Shown: piece by piece, positions 1-10,937 of the stretch
Position numbering within the stretch: position 1 is the stretch's first letter
Layout: each line of letters starts with the position of its first letter
IMG/VR virus record: IMGVR_UViG_3300025070_000011
Source of the DNA: an uncultured virus (IMG/VR IMGVR_UViG_3300025070_000011)
Lineage: Duplodnaviria > Heunggongvirae > Uroviricota > Caudoviricetes
Reading direction: 5' to 3' (one strand)
DNA length: 64,000 bases
The notes under the pieces: model-generated
Told to the model about the DNA's origin: nothing
The model's database searches: none
What the model saw: only the letters and a program-made list of their open reading frames with translations
Position numbers and translations under genes: made by a program

Positions 1-21
1 AATCGATAAGGAGGTAACTCA

Positions 22-744
22 GTGAATTTTCATGATGAGTTTGAACATAAGTTTATCGACTTCAACCGAGAAAGGTGGACTTATGAAACGTGCGATAATA
101 TTCCGTTCCAGAGCCAATTAGACAGTCACCCAAAACTGACACCAGAAATATCTGCACACCTCAGAGAAATATTGCCAAAAGATGCACTACATGCAATCGA
201 AGTCGAGGCGTGTTACTTTTTGTTTGGTCAGGAAAATCAACAGGTAGACCGACCCACATTAGCAAAAGATATTGAGTTTCCAGATGAGATATATGGAAAT
301 GCGACTGACATTGTGGACGAGTATCTAGACACCGTTAAAGATTACTTCTCTTTCTTGGTGGGCAATAGTAAGTATCGAACGTACTCAGATAGGTTGATGA
401 AACACTGCCATCCAATGGCGGTTATTGATGGTATAGAATACCGAAACACCTTTTCGATTATCTACCCCACTAGAGTCGTTGAAGAACAAAACGAGGTGTT
501 CAAAATATTTTATGCGGAAGAAACTCCGTGGTCAGACAACCCCGATTTTTATAACGCCACTGTGTTGCCTTTGCAGACCCCAGAAAAAGACGTATATGAA
601 ATTGCTATGCCAAAAGATGGCCAGGCGTTGTTGTTGTATTTTAATTCATGCAATGGTATTCACTGGATAGAAAACCTTTGTGACAATAATTATATGTGTC
701 ATATATTTGATGCAGCTACTTTGAGTAAACCACTATATGCTTAA
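22..744 (+). CDS. Hypothetical protein, possibly cupin/2OG-oxygenase-like fold
   Basis: 240-aa ORF with AGGAGG SD and GTG start; HCH motif and distal 'YFNS...IHW' His suggest a metal-binding double-stranded beta-helix fold (weak). Confidence 0.5.
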   Translation: MNFHDEFEHKFIDFNRERWTYETCDNIPFQSQLDSHPKLTPEISAHLREILPKDALHAIEVEACYFLFGQENQQVDRPTLAKDIEFPDEIYGNATDIVDEYLDTVKDYFSFLVGNSKYRTYSDRLMKHCHPMAVIDGIEYRNTFSIIYPTRVVEEQNEVFKIFYAEETPWSDNPDFYNATVLPLQTPEKDVYEIAMPKDGQALLLYFNSCNGIHWIENLCDNNYMCHIFDAATLSKPLYA

Positions 745-1435
745 AAAGAGAGACTTGCCGATTTGCGTTGAGATTCCGAATATTAAGTTTGACATCGAAA
801 AAATAAAACTTGAGATAGAGAAGATCAAAGACAACTGGACTGACATATACGAGGCAAACCCAGGCATTACAAATCTTCATGAAGGTTCATTTGTGCAAAA
901 TGCATATGAGAACTTAAAAGAGATTCCCTTGATGACTCTCAGTGAAGAACAGATGAAACATGCCAACGAATATACTGTAGAGGATTTGGGTTCCAGTATC
1001 AGAGACCGGATTCGCAACAAAAAGGCGAAAGGTGCAAACTTGCCGCCAGCTGCAAATGAAATGTTGTGGGATGTACCAACCGATATTGCTCGCGATACAT
1101 ATTTCATGGATGTTCTGTACGACAAATTTCAATCAGAGACATGTCGAGCCAGACTGCACTATCTTGCGCCAGGCAAGTCTCTTGCACCACACATAGACTA
1201 TGACCCCTCGTATGGTGTTCGCGTTGTGTGTCCCATACAGGGTACTCAGGAGACCACCAATCACTTCTGGGTGAATGGTGAGGAACAGACTTACAATCTT
1301 CCCGCAGACGGTAGAGTATGGTTTTTGAATACGGGTTTCAAACACTCCGTTGTAAACAATGGAACTGAACCTAGAATTGCTTTATTATTAACTTTGAAAT
1401 CGCAGGAAGATATAGAGTGTCTAGCATTGAAGTAG
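737..1435 (+). CDS. 2OG-Fe(II) oxygenase, aspartyl/asparaginyl beta-hydroxylase-like
   Basis: RARLHYLAPGKSLAPHIDYD (HxD) ... WFLNTGFKHSVVNNGTEPRIAL (distal H and R). Confidence 0.8.
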   Translation: MLKKRDLPICVEIPNIKFDIEKIKLEIEKIKDNWTDIYEANPGITNLHEGSFVQNAYENLKEIPLMTLSEEQMKHANEYTVEDLGSSIRDRIRNKKAKGANLPPAANEMLWDVPTDIARDTYFMDVLYDKFQSETCRARLHYLAPGKSLAPHIDYDPSYGVRVVCPIQGTQETTNHFWVNGEEQTYNLPADGRVWFLNTGFKHSVVNNGTEPRIALLLTLKSQEDIECLALK

Positions 1436-2064
1436 TACAGTATCATTCGCAACACAAAAAAGAATTAGAAGATTTTCGATTGTTGTCCTTTGAAGAGGGC
1501 AATGACAGTTTGGCATATGACAAATATGATCCAGACAATATTAACGGTGCTTCTTGGTTAGTTTATGTAGACGGGGAACTTGCAGCAGTAAGTGTTGCAG
1601 AGGCTAGTCACTATACTGGTGACGAAGATATCTCCGCCAGAGTTTGCCGATTACATATTGCAAAAAAGTTTCGACCTTCTTGGTTGGGTATGATTGTCGG
1701 AGAATATCAAATCTGGTGGGCTAGAAAGAACAAGTATAAAGTACTTTACTTTACCCACGACATACACAATAGGGCGATCAATGCAATGTATCAACACAAA
1801 CGATACGGCGCACCTGTCACCGACCTACAGAAAAAACTTAACCATCTCTGGCACACCGATTGGTATCAGTCTTTGCAGACAGATAAGAGGTTGTTGTTCA
1901 GAGTAGACGAAGAAAGTGATTTCTTACAATATGTTTATTACTGGAAATTTGATAAAAACTTTGAGTGGACTCCAAGGAAGAATGTGATTTGGATTCCTCA
2001 CAACGGCGACATTCAGAAAAAGATGACAAATCAGGAAATTTTAGAAAATGCAACTATCGGTTAA
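1417..2064 (+). CDS. GNAT-like acyltransferase (putative)
   Basis: 'WLVYVDGELAAVS...ARVCRLHIAKKFR' resembles GNAT beta3-beta4 motif A; 'NRAINAMY' resembles motif B. Confidence 0.5.
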   Translation: MSSIEVVQYHSQHKKELEDFRLLSFEEGNDSLAYDKYDPDNINGASWLVYVDGELAAVSVAEASHYTGDEDISARVCRLHIAKKFRPSWLGMIVGEYQIWWARKNKYKVLYFTHDIHNRAINAMYQHKRYGAPVTDLQKKLNHLWHTDWYQSLQTDKRLLFRVDEESDFLQYVYYWKFDKNFEWTPRKNVIWIPHNGDIQKKMTNQEILENATIG

Positions 2065-2644
2065 AACTGTTTCGTCTTGGTTTAACTATATCAGAGAAAA
2101 TCCAGAAGACAAGAGATTCCTTGAGTGTTTTTGGGACACGCAACTTGCCAGTAAAGAACGAGTGTTGCAGCTATACCCAGAGTTTTTTCACTCTGGACCT
2201 TGTTATGTTTTTGGTGGGTGGTATGGACTACTTCCCCACTTGTTACTTGACAACAAGTATGTAAAAAGGGTATACTCTATTGATATTGACCCAGACTGTG
2301 AACGTGTGGGAAACATTTATTTCAGAAAAGAAAATCTGGAATATGTAACTGGCGACATGAAAGATTTTGTTTATTCAGAGAATCCAGACGTTGTTATTAA
2401 CACCAGTACCGAACATGTTGACCAAGAGACCTTTGACATCTGGTACGAAAATATTCCGCGTAGAACTTTTATAATCATGCAGGGAAATGATCTCGACATA
2501 CCCGAACATGTTAGACCGTTCAAGGACTTGGAAGAATTTTTAAATCTCAACAGGTCGCCAGTTAATCACTGTGATGAAATGGAATTGCCTGGCCCAAACA
2601 ACACAACTTACAAACGATTTACGATGACAGGATTTAAAGAATGA
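2048..2644 (+). CDS. Class I SAM-dependent methyltransferase
   Basis: VFGGWYG motif I, SIDIDP acidic motif II, TGDM, VVINTSTEH. Confidence 0.75.
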   Translation: MQLSVKTVSSWFNYIRENPEDKRFLECFWDTQLASKERVLQLYPEFFHSGPCYVFGGWYGLLPHLLLDNKYVKRVYSIDIDPDCERVGNIYFRKENLEYVTGDMKDFVYSENPDVVINTSTEHVDQETFDIWYENIPRRTFIIMQGNDLDIPEHVRPFKDLEEFLNLNRSPVNHCDEMELPGPNNTTYKRFTMTGFKE

Positions 2645-3426
2645 AAATTGCGATTGTTGGATATGGATTTGTCGGCAAGTCTACAGAACTTTTATTTTCT
2701 GAGTGTGAGACTTTGATTCATGACCCCGATTTGGGTTATGAAATCGACAACTGGTCTGATGTAGACTTTACATTTATTTGCGTACCAACTCCACTGGACT
2801 TTGCCTTCACAAACTCTTTGCCTGGCGATAAGAATGGTATGATGTTTAGTGGCGTGTCTAACAAGATCGTTAAAGATGCAATCAAGTCTGTTCGAGGAAA
2901 GACTACCAGTAATCAACGCGGCGGCCAGATCGTTGTCAGAAGTACTCTGGGACCGGATCAAATAGAAGACGGTTGGATTTACATGCCAGAATTTTTGCGA
3001 GAGAATTCATGGGAAAAAGATACCGCATACAAGACCCCCATAATTGTTGGGTCAAATGCAGAACAAAAAGAAGAAGTAGAAACTCTTCAGTCATATTTTC
3101 CCTTTATGAAGATGGTATATAACCTCACCCCAAGAGAGGCTGCAATATATAAGATTAGCAGAAATTCTTTTCTTTCTATGAAAGTGATGTTTGCGAATCA
3201 CTTGAAGTCTGTTTGTGATAAGTATGAGTGTGATTTTGACGGCGTAGTAGATGTGTACAAACTAGAAAATGAGTTTGGCAAATCTCATTGGGATGTGCCT
3301 GGGCCAGATGGAAGAGCGGGGTTTGGTGGCAAGTGTTTGCCAAAAGATACTTTGCACTACGCAAATTTAATTTCATATAAAAACATGTTCCATCAAATAC
3401 TGGACGATAATGAAAACACCCGTTGA
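2641..3426 (+). CDS. UDP-glucose/GDP-mannose dehydrogenase family, short form lacking the C-terminal domain
   Basis: IVGYGFVG, ICVPTP, RST, PEFLRE, GFGGKCLPKD catalytic Cys; only 261 aa. Confidence 0.85.
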   Translation: MKIAIVGYGFVGKSTELLFSECETLIHDPDLGYEIDNWSDVDFTFICVPTPLDFAFTNSLPGDKNGMMFSGVSNKIVKDAIKSVRGKTTSNQRGGQIVVRSTLGPDQIEDGWIYMPEFLRENSWEKDTAYKTPIIVGSNAEQKEEVETLQSYFPFMKMVYNLTPREAAIYKISRNSFLSMKVMFANHLKSVCDKYECDFDGVVDVYKLENEFGKSHWDVPGPDGRAGFGGKCLPKDTLHYANLISYKNMFHQILDDNENTR

Positions 3427-4240
3427 ATCTATGAATAAAAAGGTGATATCAGTCCATCTAGGACACAATAAAGAATATACTCTTAACGTAGAACTCTTTG
3501 ACCACCGAGTATCGAACCGAATATGGGAAATGATACAAGTAGCAGATAATGTAGACTTTGTTTCTCGCGTGGAGTTTTATAAGTTTGGTAAAACTGAGTC
3601 ACAAGTAGAATCCGACTTATATGAAACAATAGAAGAACTAAAACGATTAAAACCTGATACCTTTACACTGGATTATGATTTAAATAGATTACATGAAAAT
3701 TTTCCTGAGTTGGTACGCACAGAAACATCTTCATCGATAAAACACTGTTTGACAATGTTTAATTATCACCTGCATCATCTTGAAAGAATGCGTCAAGGTG
3801 GTGGAAGACAATTTTTGTTCTGTAGCAACATTGAGTCAGAACCCTTACAAGATGAAGACTATAATCTTTTTACTATAGGCAATAAAGAGAACATTGCTTA
3901 TATGAACTACCCCCATGTAGGTAAGAGTGTTACAGAAATAGTGCAACAAGAAGATATAGAAATTCCATCACAACATATTCTTCCTACAAGTGTAATCAAA
4001 CCAGATTTATTGTTTCACTTAGACGAAGATAGATGGATAGGGAACGAACAAACAATATTAGAATATATAAACTCATGGCTTGTTAAAATACAACATAAGT
4101 TACCGTATCCTATTAACGATAAAAGATTGGCACTTGGACACATACCTATAGGTAAAATAATCGATCCAAACATAACTAGTATAACAGAAAATCAATACAT
4201 ACACAGCATAGAAGCTATATGCACCGGAACTAAATACTAG
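3410..4240 (+). CDS. Hypothetical protein
   Basis: 276-aa ORF overlapping the upstream gene; His-rich LNRLHENF / NYHLHHLE helices. Confidence 0.7.
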   Translation: MKTPVESMNKKVISVHLGHNKEYTLNVELFDHRVSNRIWEMIQVADNVDFVSRVEFYKFGKTESQVESDLYETIEELKRLKPDTFTLDYDLNRLHENFPELVRTETSSSIKHCLTMFNYHLHHLERMRQGGGRQFLFCSNIESEPLQDEDYNLFTIGNKENIAYMNYPHVGKSVTEIVQQEDIEIPSQHILPTSVIKPDLLFHLDEDRWIGNEQTILEYINSWLVKIQHKLPYPINDKRLALGHIPIGKIIDPNITSITENQYIHSIEAICTGTKY

Positions 4241-4266
4241 TAGAAATACTTTTATGATGGAATAGA

Positions 4267-5646
4267 ATGACACAGACAAATGAACATTGGATTGAAGTAC
4301 TAAAAGAAAAACGGATTAAGATAAACGATATCAGTCCGTCTTTTTGTTCTGCTAAGTGGTTGCAAACAACACTGATGTTGCAGAACGGATATAACCATTC
4401 CTGTCACCACCCCTCACCACACAAAATCCCCGTTGCAGAGGTCATGGAAAATCCTGCAGCCTTGCATAACAGCAACTACAAGAAACAACAAAGAATCAAA
4501 ATGATAAACGGGGAGAGACCCAGAGAGTGCGACTATTGTTGGAGAATAGAAGACCAAAACAAAGATCATTTCTCTGACCGACACTATAAGACTTCTGATT
4601 GGTGGGCTTGGGATAAGGTCGATGTTATTGCAACCAGTGACCCCACGGAAGATGTATATCCAACTTACCTTGAGGTGTCTTTTAGTAACGCATGTAACTT
4701 TGCTTGTGCGTATTGTTCGCCGGAGATATCTTCATCGTGGATGAAAGACATTGAGTCTGATGGTCAATATCCAGTACAGTTTGGTTCTCACAGTTTAGAC
4801 TATTTGCGAGAGACAGAAAAGTTTCCTTACAAAAACTCAGACCCAAATCCTTATGTTGATGCTTTCTGGGAGTGGTTTCCAGAAGCACTTCCGCATCTAA
4901 AAGTTTTCCGAATAACTGGTGGAGAACCCACCATGAGTAAAGATGTTTGGAAAGTATTGGACTACATTTATGAGAATGCTCAACCAGAGTTGTCTATTGC
5001 AATCAATAGTAATTTGGGAACCGACCCTCGACTCATACAAAGACTTATCGATTCTGTAAATAAAGTAAAAGATAAAGTAAAACAGATTGAGATATATACA
5101 AGTTGTGAAGCAACGGGCAGTCAGGCCGAATATGCTCGAGACGGGTTAGATTATGGATACTGGTATGCAAACGTGCAACGTGTTTTAAATGAGACGGATG
5201 CCAATGTTGCAATCATGACAACACTCAACATTCTCAGTCTGCCCACGTTTTGTAAATTCATCGAAGACATTATGAAACTCAGAGTAGAATTTAATAGAGA
5301 CCTTGCACACAACAGAGTGCCTCTGAGTGTAAACTATTTAAGATTTCCACCACACTTGCAATGCACTCTACTTGACCCGATTACAAGGGTGTCCTATGCG
5401 GGAGACATTGAGAACTTGGCGGAGTCTTGGTTGAAGTATTATTCACCGGACAAGTTTGCCAGAATTTATTTGGAAGAGTTTGACCAGATACAGAGGTTCT
5501 GCGAGTATCTTAGAATGACCAAAACCGCAGATAAGTATAGAGGCGATTTTGTCAAGTACATAAATGAGTACGACAGAAGAAGACAAAAAGATTTTAGAAA
5601 TACGTTCCCACAGTATGCACATTTGTTAGAGGATTGGAATGAGTAA
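4267..5646 (+). CDS. Radical SAM enzyme with N-terminal Twitch/SPASM-like domain (1 of 6)
   Basis: FCSAKW..SCHH..ECDYCW N-domain; CNFACAYC; ITGGEP. Confidence 0.9.
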   Translation: MTQTNEHWIEVLKEKRIKINDISPSFCSAKWLQTTLMLQNGYNHSCHHPSPHKIPVAEVMENPAALHNSNYKKQQRIKMINGERPRECDYCWRIEDQNKDHFSDRHYKTSDWWAWDKVDVIATSDPTEDVYPTYLEVSFSNACNFACAYCSPEISSSWMKDIESDGQYPVQFGSHSLDYLRETEKFPYKNSDPNPYVDAFWEWFPEALPHLKVFRITGGEPTMSKDVWKVLDYIYENAQPELSIAINSNLGTDPRLIQRLIDSVNKVKDKVKQIEIYTSCEATGSQAEYARDGLDYGYWYANVQRVLNETDANVAIMTTLNILSLPTFCKFIEDIMKLRVEFNRDLAHNRVPLSVNYLRFPPHLQCTLLDPITRVSYAGDIENLAESWLKYYSPDKFARIYLEEFDQIQRFCEYLRMTKTADKYRGDFVKYINEYDRRRQKDFRNTFPQYAHLLEDWNE

Positions 5647-7138
5647 AGAATTTGACTTGATTAAGTATCGCGAAGATATTCTTGATACAAAGTCTACTAG
5701 TTTTTGTGGTGCGAAATGGTACAATGCAACCACATGGCTGGGAAGTGGCACTACTGCATCTTGCCACCATCCACCCGCTCACAAAATTCCTCTTGATGAG
5801 GTTAAAGTAGACCCTTCTGCCATTCACAACACTCGACACAAGAAGGCGATGCGAAAAATGATGCAACGTGGCGAACGTCCACGGGAGTGTGAGTATTGTT
5901 GGAAGGTTGAAGACATGGAGACCGATGCGATCTCTGATAGAGTATTCAAGTCTATCATCTATTCCGAACAAGACTTACAGAAAGCATATACTACGGACCA
6001 CAATGAAAGTGTCGATCTGAAAACATTTGAGATTGCATTTGATCGTACCTGTCAGTTGGCATGTTCCTATTGTAATGCATCTTTCTCTACAACATGGGCA
6101 AAAGATATCACCAAGAAGGGTGCGTATCAGAACATGGTGTCAGATGGTGCGGCCGCTTTTCAACAAGATGGTGCTTGGGCAGAACCCTATGCAAAGGATG
6201 AAGACAATCCTTACATCCAAGCATTTTGGGATTGGTGGGAAGACGGTCTCTCTGACAGTCTAGAAGAGTTGCGTATTACTGGCGGTGAACCACTGATGTC
6301 AGATCAGGTATGGAAACTGTTTGATTGGTTCAACGAAAATAACAGTAAGATGAGATTTGCAATTAACTCAAATCTTATGGCAAAAGACAGTTTGATCGAA
6401 AGACTTATTGAAAGAAGTCAGGGTGTCGATGACTTCCACCTTTACACAAGTTGTGAGGCTACTGGACTACAGGCTGATTACATTCGTGACGGACTACACT
6501 ATGATACATGGAAGAAAAACATGTACAGACTTATGGGTAACTGCAATCTCAAAGGTCTGAATATTATGATGACCATTAACAGTTTGTGTTTGTTTAGTAT
6601 AACAGATTTCCTTGATGACGTTTATAAGATGAAACAACACACCGGAACAAAGGCACCCGTTGTAAGTGTAAATCTTTTGCGTTTCCCAAGTTTCCAATCT
6701 CCGCTTGCGCTTCCCGATCATATCAAAGATTACTTGCGAGAACAATTGCAAGATTGGTACAACGAGGTCAAAGAACAACCACTGTGGCACGATTTTGAAA
6801 AGGCCAGTATCGAAAGACTGATTGACTATCTTGTTACCGTTGATGCACCACACAGACGCACCAGCGACAAGATGACGTTGTGGAGAGACTTCAAAACTTT
6901 CTTCAAACAATATGATGAAAGAAGAGAACTGTCATTGTCGGTGTTTCCAAAGATTCTAACGGATTGGGTCGATACTATTCCAGATACCGAGACGATTGCA
7001 GTGCAACTGGTTGATGGTGACAGCACTCGACAATATGACAACGATCCCGATTTAAAAAAGGTTGCAGACGAAGAGGGGTGGGTGTTAAAACCAGATAATA
7101 AAAATATTGACGAACCACTTGGCGACTATGACAAGTAG
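5639..7138 (+). CDS. Radical SAM enzyme with N-terminal Twitch/SPASM-like domain (2 of 6)
   Basis: FCGAKW..SCHH..ECEYCW; CQLACSYC; ITGGEP. Confidence 0.9.
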   Translation: MSKEFDLIKYREDILDTKSTSFCGAKWYNATTWLGSGTTASCHHPPAHKIPLDEVKVDPSAIHNTRHKKAMRKMMQRGERPRECEYCWKVEDMETDAISDRVFKSIIYSEQDLQKAYTTDHNESVDLKTFEIAFDRTCQLACSYCNASFSTTWAKDITKKGAYQNMVSDGAAAFQQDGAWAEPYAKDEDNPYIQAFWDWWEDGLSDSLEELRITGGEPLMSDQVWKLFDWFNENNSKMRFAINSNLMAKDSLIERLIERSQGVDDFHLYTSCEATGLQADYIRDGLHYDTWKKNMYRLMGNCNLKGLNIMMTINSLCLFSITDFLDDVYKMKQHTGTKAPVVSVNLLRFPSFQSPLALPDHIKDYLREQLQDWYNEVKEQPLWHDFEKASIERLIDYLVTVDAPHRRTSDKMTLWRDFKTFFKQYDERRELSLSVFPKILTDWVDTIPDTETIAVQLVDGDSTRQYDNDPDLKKVADEEGWVLKPDNKNIDEPLGDYDK

Positions 7139-8429
7139 ACCTTACTTTTGCACCGCACCTTGGACCCATACATATGCATCTCCACAAGGAGAACGTAGAC
7201 TTTGTTGTGCTAGCAGAGAAGAGGCATCTTTTCAAAAACAATACATTGATAGTAGTACTGCCGGGGGTAAGTTTGCCCCCAAGAGTTTAGAAGAACATTG
7301 GAACAGTGATTACATGAAAGACATTCGTAAAAGAATGTTGAACGGAGAACGACTGCCCCAATGCGAAGTTTGTAATGACCAGATTCTAAATCTACACACT
7401 TACAAAAAATATTTTACAGAGACTTTGTTTCCCCACAAAGTAGATGATATAATTGCGAACACGCGGGAAGACGGCCACTATGATGAGATGCCCGTTTCAT
7501 ATGATTATCGTATATCAAACCTATGCAACTTTAAGTGTAGGATGTGTGGCGAACAATTGTCCAGCAGTTGGGAAGCAGAGAAAAAGAAACTCAATCTCAT
7601 TGATGTAACACAAGAACCTTGGTTGGAACCCGATACAAGGAAACAGATTGGCAATTTCCAAAAAGAAGTTTTGGAAGAGGAATTGCAGCGTGCGGTTGAC
7701 AACGAAACTATAGAAGAGATTTATTGGGTTGGCGGTGAACCTCTGATGTGGGAACGTCATTGGACTGTAATGCAACAACTTGTCGATAGTGGCCATGCAA
7801 AGAATGTCACGGTGCGATACAACACAAATCTGAGCAGAGTGTCTTTCGGTGGAACTCACTTATATGACTTGTTGCCACACTTTAAGAAAGTGAACATTTG
7901 TGCAAGTATTGACGGTGCATACACTGTTGGTGAGTATATCAGAGACGGATTGAATTGGAGTGAGTGGATTGAAAACTTTCAAGAGGGATTATTTTTGATT
8001 GACCAGTTTGGTGATGACGCAATGGTGTTTGATGTAACATTGACAACTCCCGGCCTATTCTATCTGAAGGATTTGTTTCATGAGGCATTTAGACTGAATG
8101 TAAAGTCATACTTCAAGTTTACTTTTGCATTTGACCCGTCTGTTGTAATGAGTCCGATGTGTTTGCCAAAACATATTTCAAAACCACTTTGCGAAAGTCT
8201 TATTTCGGACTTTGCACCGTATACCACTTGGAAGAATCGTGTGTATACCGACTCTTTAAACAACATGATAAATAGGGAGTCCTTTGATATACAATGGCCA
8301 GATACATATCGATCTGGGTTGAAACGCGGAAAAGAATTTCAAGAATTTTTAGATGAAAAACGAAATAGTAAAATTATGTTTAGAGATACTTTATATGGTA
8401 ATGCACTTGAGTGGTGGGACAATATATGA
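7128..8429 (+). CDS. Radical SAM enzyme with N-terminal Twitch/SPASM-like domain (3 of 6)
   Basis: FCTAPW..LCC..QCEVC; CNFKCRMC; VGGEP; YNTN. ATG 7128 preferred over the TTG at 7107. Confidence 0.9.
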   Translation: MTSRPYFCTAPWTHTYASPQGERRLCCASREEASFQKQYIDSSTAGGKFAPKSLEEHWNSDYMKDIRKRMLNGERLPQCEVCNDQILNLHTYKKYFTETLFPHKVDDIIANTREDGHYDEMPVSYDYRISNLCNFKCRMCGEQLSSSWEAEKKKLNLIDVTQEPWLEPDTRKQIGNFQKEVLEEELQRAVDNETIEEIYWVGGEPLMWERHWTVMQQLVDSGHAKNVTVRYNTNLSRVSFGGTHLYDLLPHFKKVNICASIDGAYTVGEYIRDGLNWSEWIENFQEGLFLIDQFGDDAMVFDVTLTTPGLFYLKDLFHEAFRLNVKSYFKFTFAFDPSVVMSPMCLPKHISKPLCESLISDFAPYTTWKNRVYTDSLNNMINRESFDIQWPDTYRSGLKRGKEFQEFLDEKRNSKIMFRDTLYGNALEWWDNI

Positions 8430-9691
8430 GTAATACTTTTTGTCCTCTTCCTTGGAATCATCTAGCAACACACCCGCATGGTGTTTGCACCCTTTGTTGT
8501 GAGTCTGAACAGGCCGAGGGGATTTCTCAAGCATTCAATAATGGTAATCCCAGAAAGATGATAACCTTGCAGAATGTAGATGACTTTGAGCAAATTACTA
8601 ACTCCGATAGTTTCAGTAGAGTTAGAAAACAAATGCTCAATGGAGAACAACCAGAAGAGTGTCGTAAATGTTGGGACTTGGAAAGCGTTGGTGTCAAGAG
8701 TAAACGATACTACGAAAGTCGCCGAGTCCCGATGGACATCGAACATGCAAAGAAGATTACAAATGAAGATGGTACACTCAATGAGGTGGAGTATGAGTTT
8801 GTAGAGTTGCGTTTGGGCAATCATTGCAATGTGCAGTGTCGTACATGCAACCCATATTCAAGTTCTCGGTGGAGTAAAGATTGGGATGTCATCTACCCAG
8901 AGAGACCAGCTTTGCCTGAGTTGATGTCCCAACAAAATTTTAACTGGCCGCTGGATCAGGGATTCTGGGACAAACTTATTCAAAGATGCGATAAACTCAA
9001 GGTGTTGTATATTAACGGAGGAGAACCTTTCATCGTTGATAAACACATGGACTTCTTATCGACTCTGGTTGAACGGGGTCTGTCGAAAAATGTAGAAATA
9101 GTTTATTCGACAAACTGCACTGTTATAAACAAAAACTACGAGGATGTTTGGAAAAACTTTAAACATATTCAGTTTATGTTGTCTATTGATGATGTTGGAG
9201 ATAGAAACGAATATATTAGAACGTATACCAAATGGGAAAAGGTATTAGAGTTTCTTGATTGGATGATGAGTATGTCTGCCAGATATAAAAATATTAACTA
9301 TAACATATTGCAGACCGTATCAACATATAACGTTTATTATATTCCAGAGTTTTATGATTTCTTCAAGGATAAGGTGCCACTGATAGGTCATCCACTGGAA
9401 GATGACTCGTTGCACATAGGACATAACTTTGTAAACGACCCAGAACACTTTGACTGTAGAATACTCCCCAGAGAGGTACAGGCGACGATTGTGGACCGCC
9501 TAGAGGGGTATCAGGGGTACAATGACATCAAGAATTACTTCAGTGTAGATGGCGACAGTCGATGGGGAGGCGCGGTACACGGGAACATGAAAACGTTTTT
9601 TGAAAAAACTAGATCGATAGACGAACTAAGAAAACAGTCTTTTGAAAAGACTTTTCCAGAATTTTATGAGGTAATAAAAAACTATGAGTGA
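8426..9691 (+). CDS. Radical SAM enzyme with N-terminal Twitch/SPASM-like domain (4 of 6)
   Basis: FCPLPW..LCC..ECRKCW; CNVQCRTC; NGGEP. ATG at 8426 overlaps the upstream stop (ATGA). Confidence 0.9.
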   Translation: MSNTFCPLPWNHLATHPHGVCTLCCESEQAEGISQAFNNGNPRKMITLQNVDDFEQITNSDSFSRVRKQMLNGEQPEECRKCWDLESVGVKSKRYYESRRVPMDIEHAKKITNEDGTLNEVEYEFVELRLGNHCNVQCRTCNPYSSSRWSKDWDVIYPERPALPELMSQQNFNWPLDQGFWDKLIQRCDKLKVLYINGGEPFIVDKHMDFLSTLVERGLSKNVEIVYSTNCTVINKNYEDVWKNFKHIQFMLSIDDVGDRNEYIRTYTKWEKVLEFLDWMMSMSARYKNINYNILQTVSTYNVYYIPEFYDFFKDKVPLIGHPLEDDSLHIGHNFVNDPEHFDCRILPREVQATIVDRLEGYQGYNDIKNYFSVDGDSRWGGAVHGNMKTFFEKTRSIDELRKQSFEKTFPEFYEVIKNYE

Positions 9692-10937
9692 CCAAAAACC
9701 ACTGTGTCTCCTCCCTTGGCTACACTTGCATACATGGCCTAATGGAAATGTGTATCCATGTTGTGTTACTCCTATGGAATATATTGCCGGGAATCTAAAA
9801 GAAAATACTCTAGAGGAAATATTCAATAGCGATCTGATGAAAAACATTCGCAAGGATTTGTCTAGTGGAGTTAAGACCGAATCTTGTCAACGATGCTGGG
9901 CTCAAGAGGAACGTGGTGGCCACTCTATGCGAATGAGAGCCAATGAAAGTTGGAAACACCACGAACAGGACATTATTGCTAGAACAAGACCAGACGGTTC
10001 TGTTGAAAACATGAAACTGCCTTATTGGGATTTTCGTTTTTCCAATATCTGCAATTTCAAGTGTCGAAGCTGTGGACCGCAATTAAGTAGTGGTTGGTAT
10101 AGTGACACCAAGAAAATTGCAGTCCTAGAAACTGGAAAAGCCTTTTTGCCAGACGATGTTCCAACAGACAGAAACCTTGAGTTGTGGGAACAGATTGAAC
10201 CACATTTTGAAACTGTTGAAGAAATATATTTTGCTGGTGGAGAACCCCTCATCATGGAGGAACACTATCGCATCTTGAAAAAATTAGATAAGATGGGAAA
10301 ACATGGCGTACATTTACGATACAACACCAATTTCAGTGAGATGCGATATAAAGACATGCATGTTTTGGATTTTTGGAAAAAGTTCAAAAGTGTTGAAGTG
10401 GGTGCTAGTATTGATGGTATGGAAAAGGAGGGAGAGTATATTCGTAGTGGATTTAAGTGGGAACAGTTTGTTAGCAACAGAAACGAAATGAAAGAGAAAT
10501 GCCCACATGTTCATTTTTATGTCACATGCACTACTAGTATCCAGAATGCTTACCATATAATTCCTTTTCATCACCGTCTCGTTGAGGAAAAGTTTATTGA
10601 TAATTACGATAGGTTTTTTATCAACATAGTTACTGAACCCTCCATGTTAGACATGCGTATACTTCCAAAACATCATAAAGAAATTCTATCAGAAGCTTAC
10701 ACTAGGCACGCTAACTTTTTAACCATGGCCGAGGGGTTCCATGAAATGCCTGCTGTCAATGCGAGAAGAGGGTTTGTTAGTCTGAAACACCATCTGTTGC
10801 AAGATCACCCTGACCCCTATCCTCGCGGGGACAGTCTTCTAGAAATATTCAAATACAAGATGGACCAATACGACCAAATTCGCGGAGAGAACTTTGCGGA
10901 GACATTTCCTGAGATGAAGGATTTGGTTAGTGGATAA
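9684..10937 (+). CDS. Radical SAM enzyme with N-terminal Twitch/SPASM-like domain (5 of 6)
   Basis: LCLLPW..YPCC..SCQRCW; CNFKCRSC; AGGEP; YNTN. Confidence 0.9.
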   Translation: MSDQKPLCLLPWLHLHTWPNGNVYPCCVTPMEYIAGNLKENTLEEIFNSDLMKNIRKDLSSGVKTESCQRCWAQEERGGHSMRMRANESWKHHEQDIIARTRPDGSVENMKLPYWDFRFSNICNFKCRSCGPQLSSGWYSDTKKIAVLETGKAFLPDDVPTDRNLELWEQIEPHFETVEEIYFAGGEPLIMEEHYRILKKLDKMGKHGVHLRYNTNFSEMRYKDMHVLDFWKKFKSVEVGASIDGMEKEGEYIRSGFKWEQFVSNRNEMKEKCPHVHFYVTCTTSIQNAYHIIPFHHRLVEEKFIDNYDRFFINIVTEPSMLDMRILPKHHKEILSEAYTRHANFLTMAEGFHEMPAVNARRGFVSLKHHLLQDHPDPYPRGDSLLEIFKYKMDQYDQIRGENFAETFPEMKDLVSG

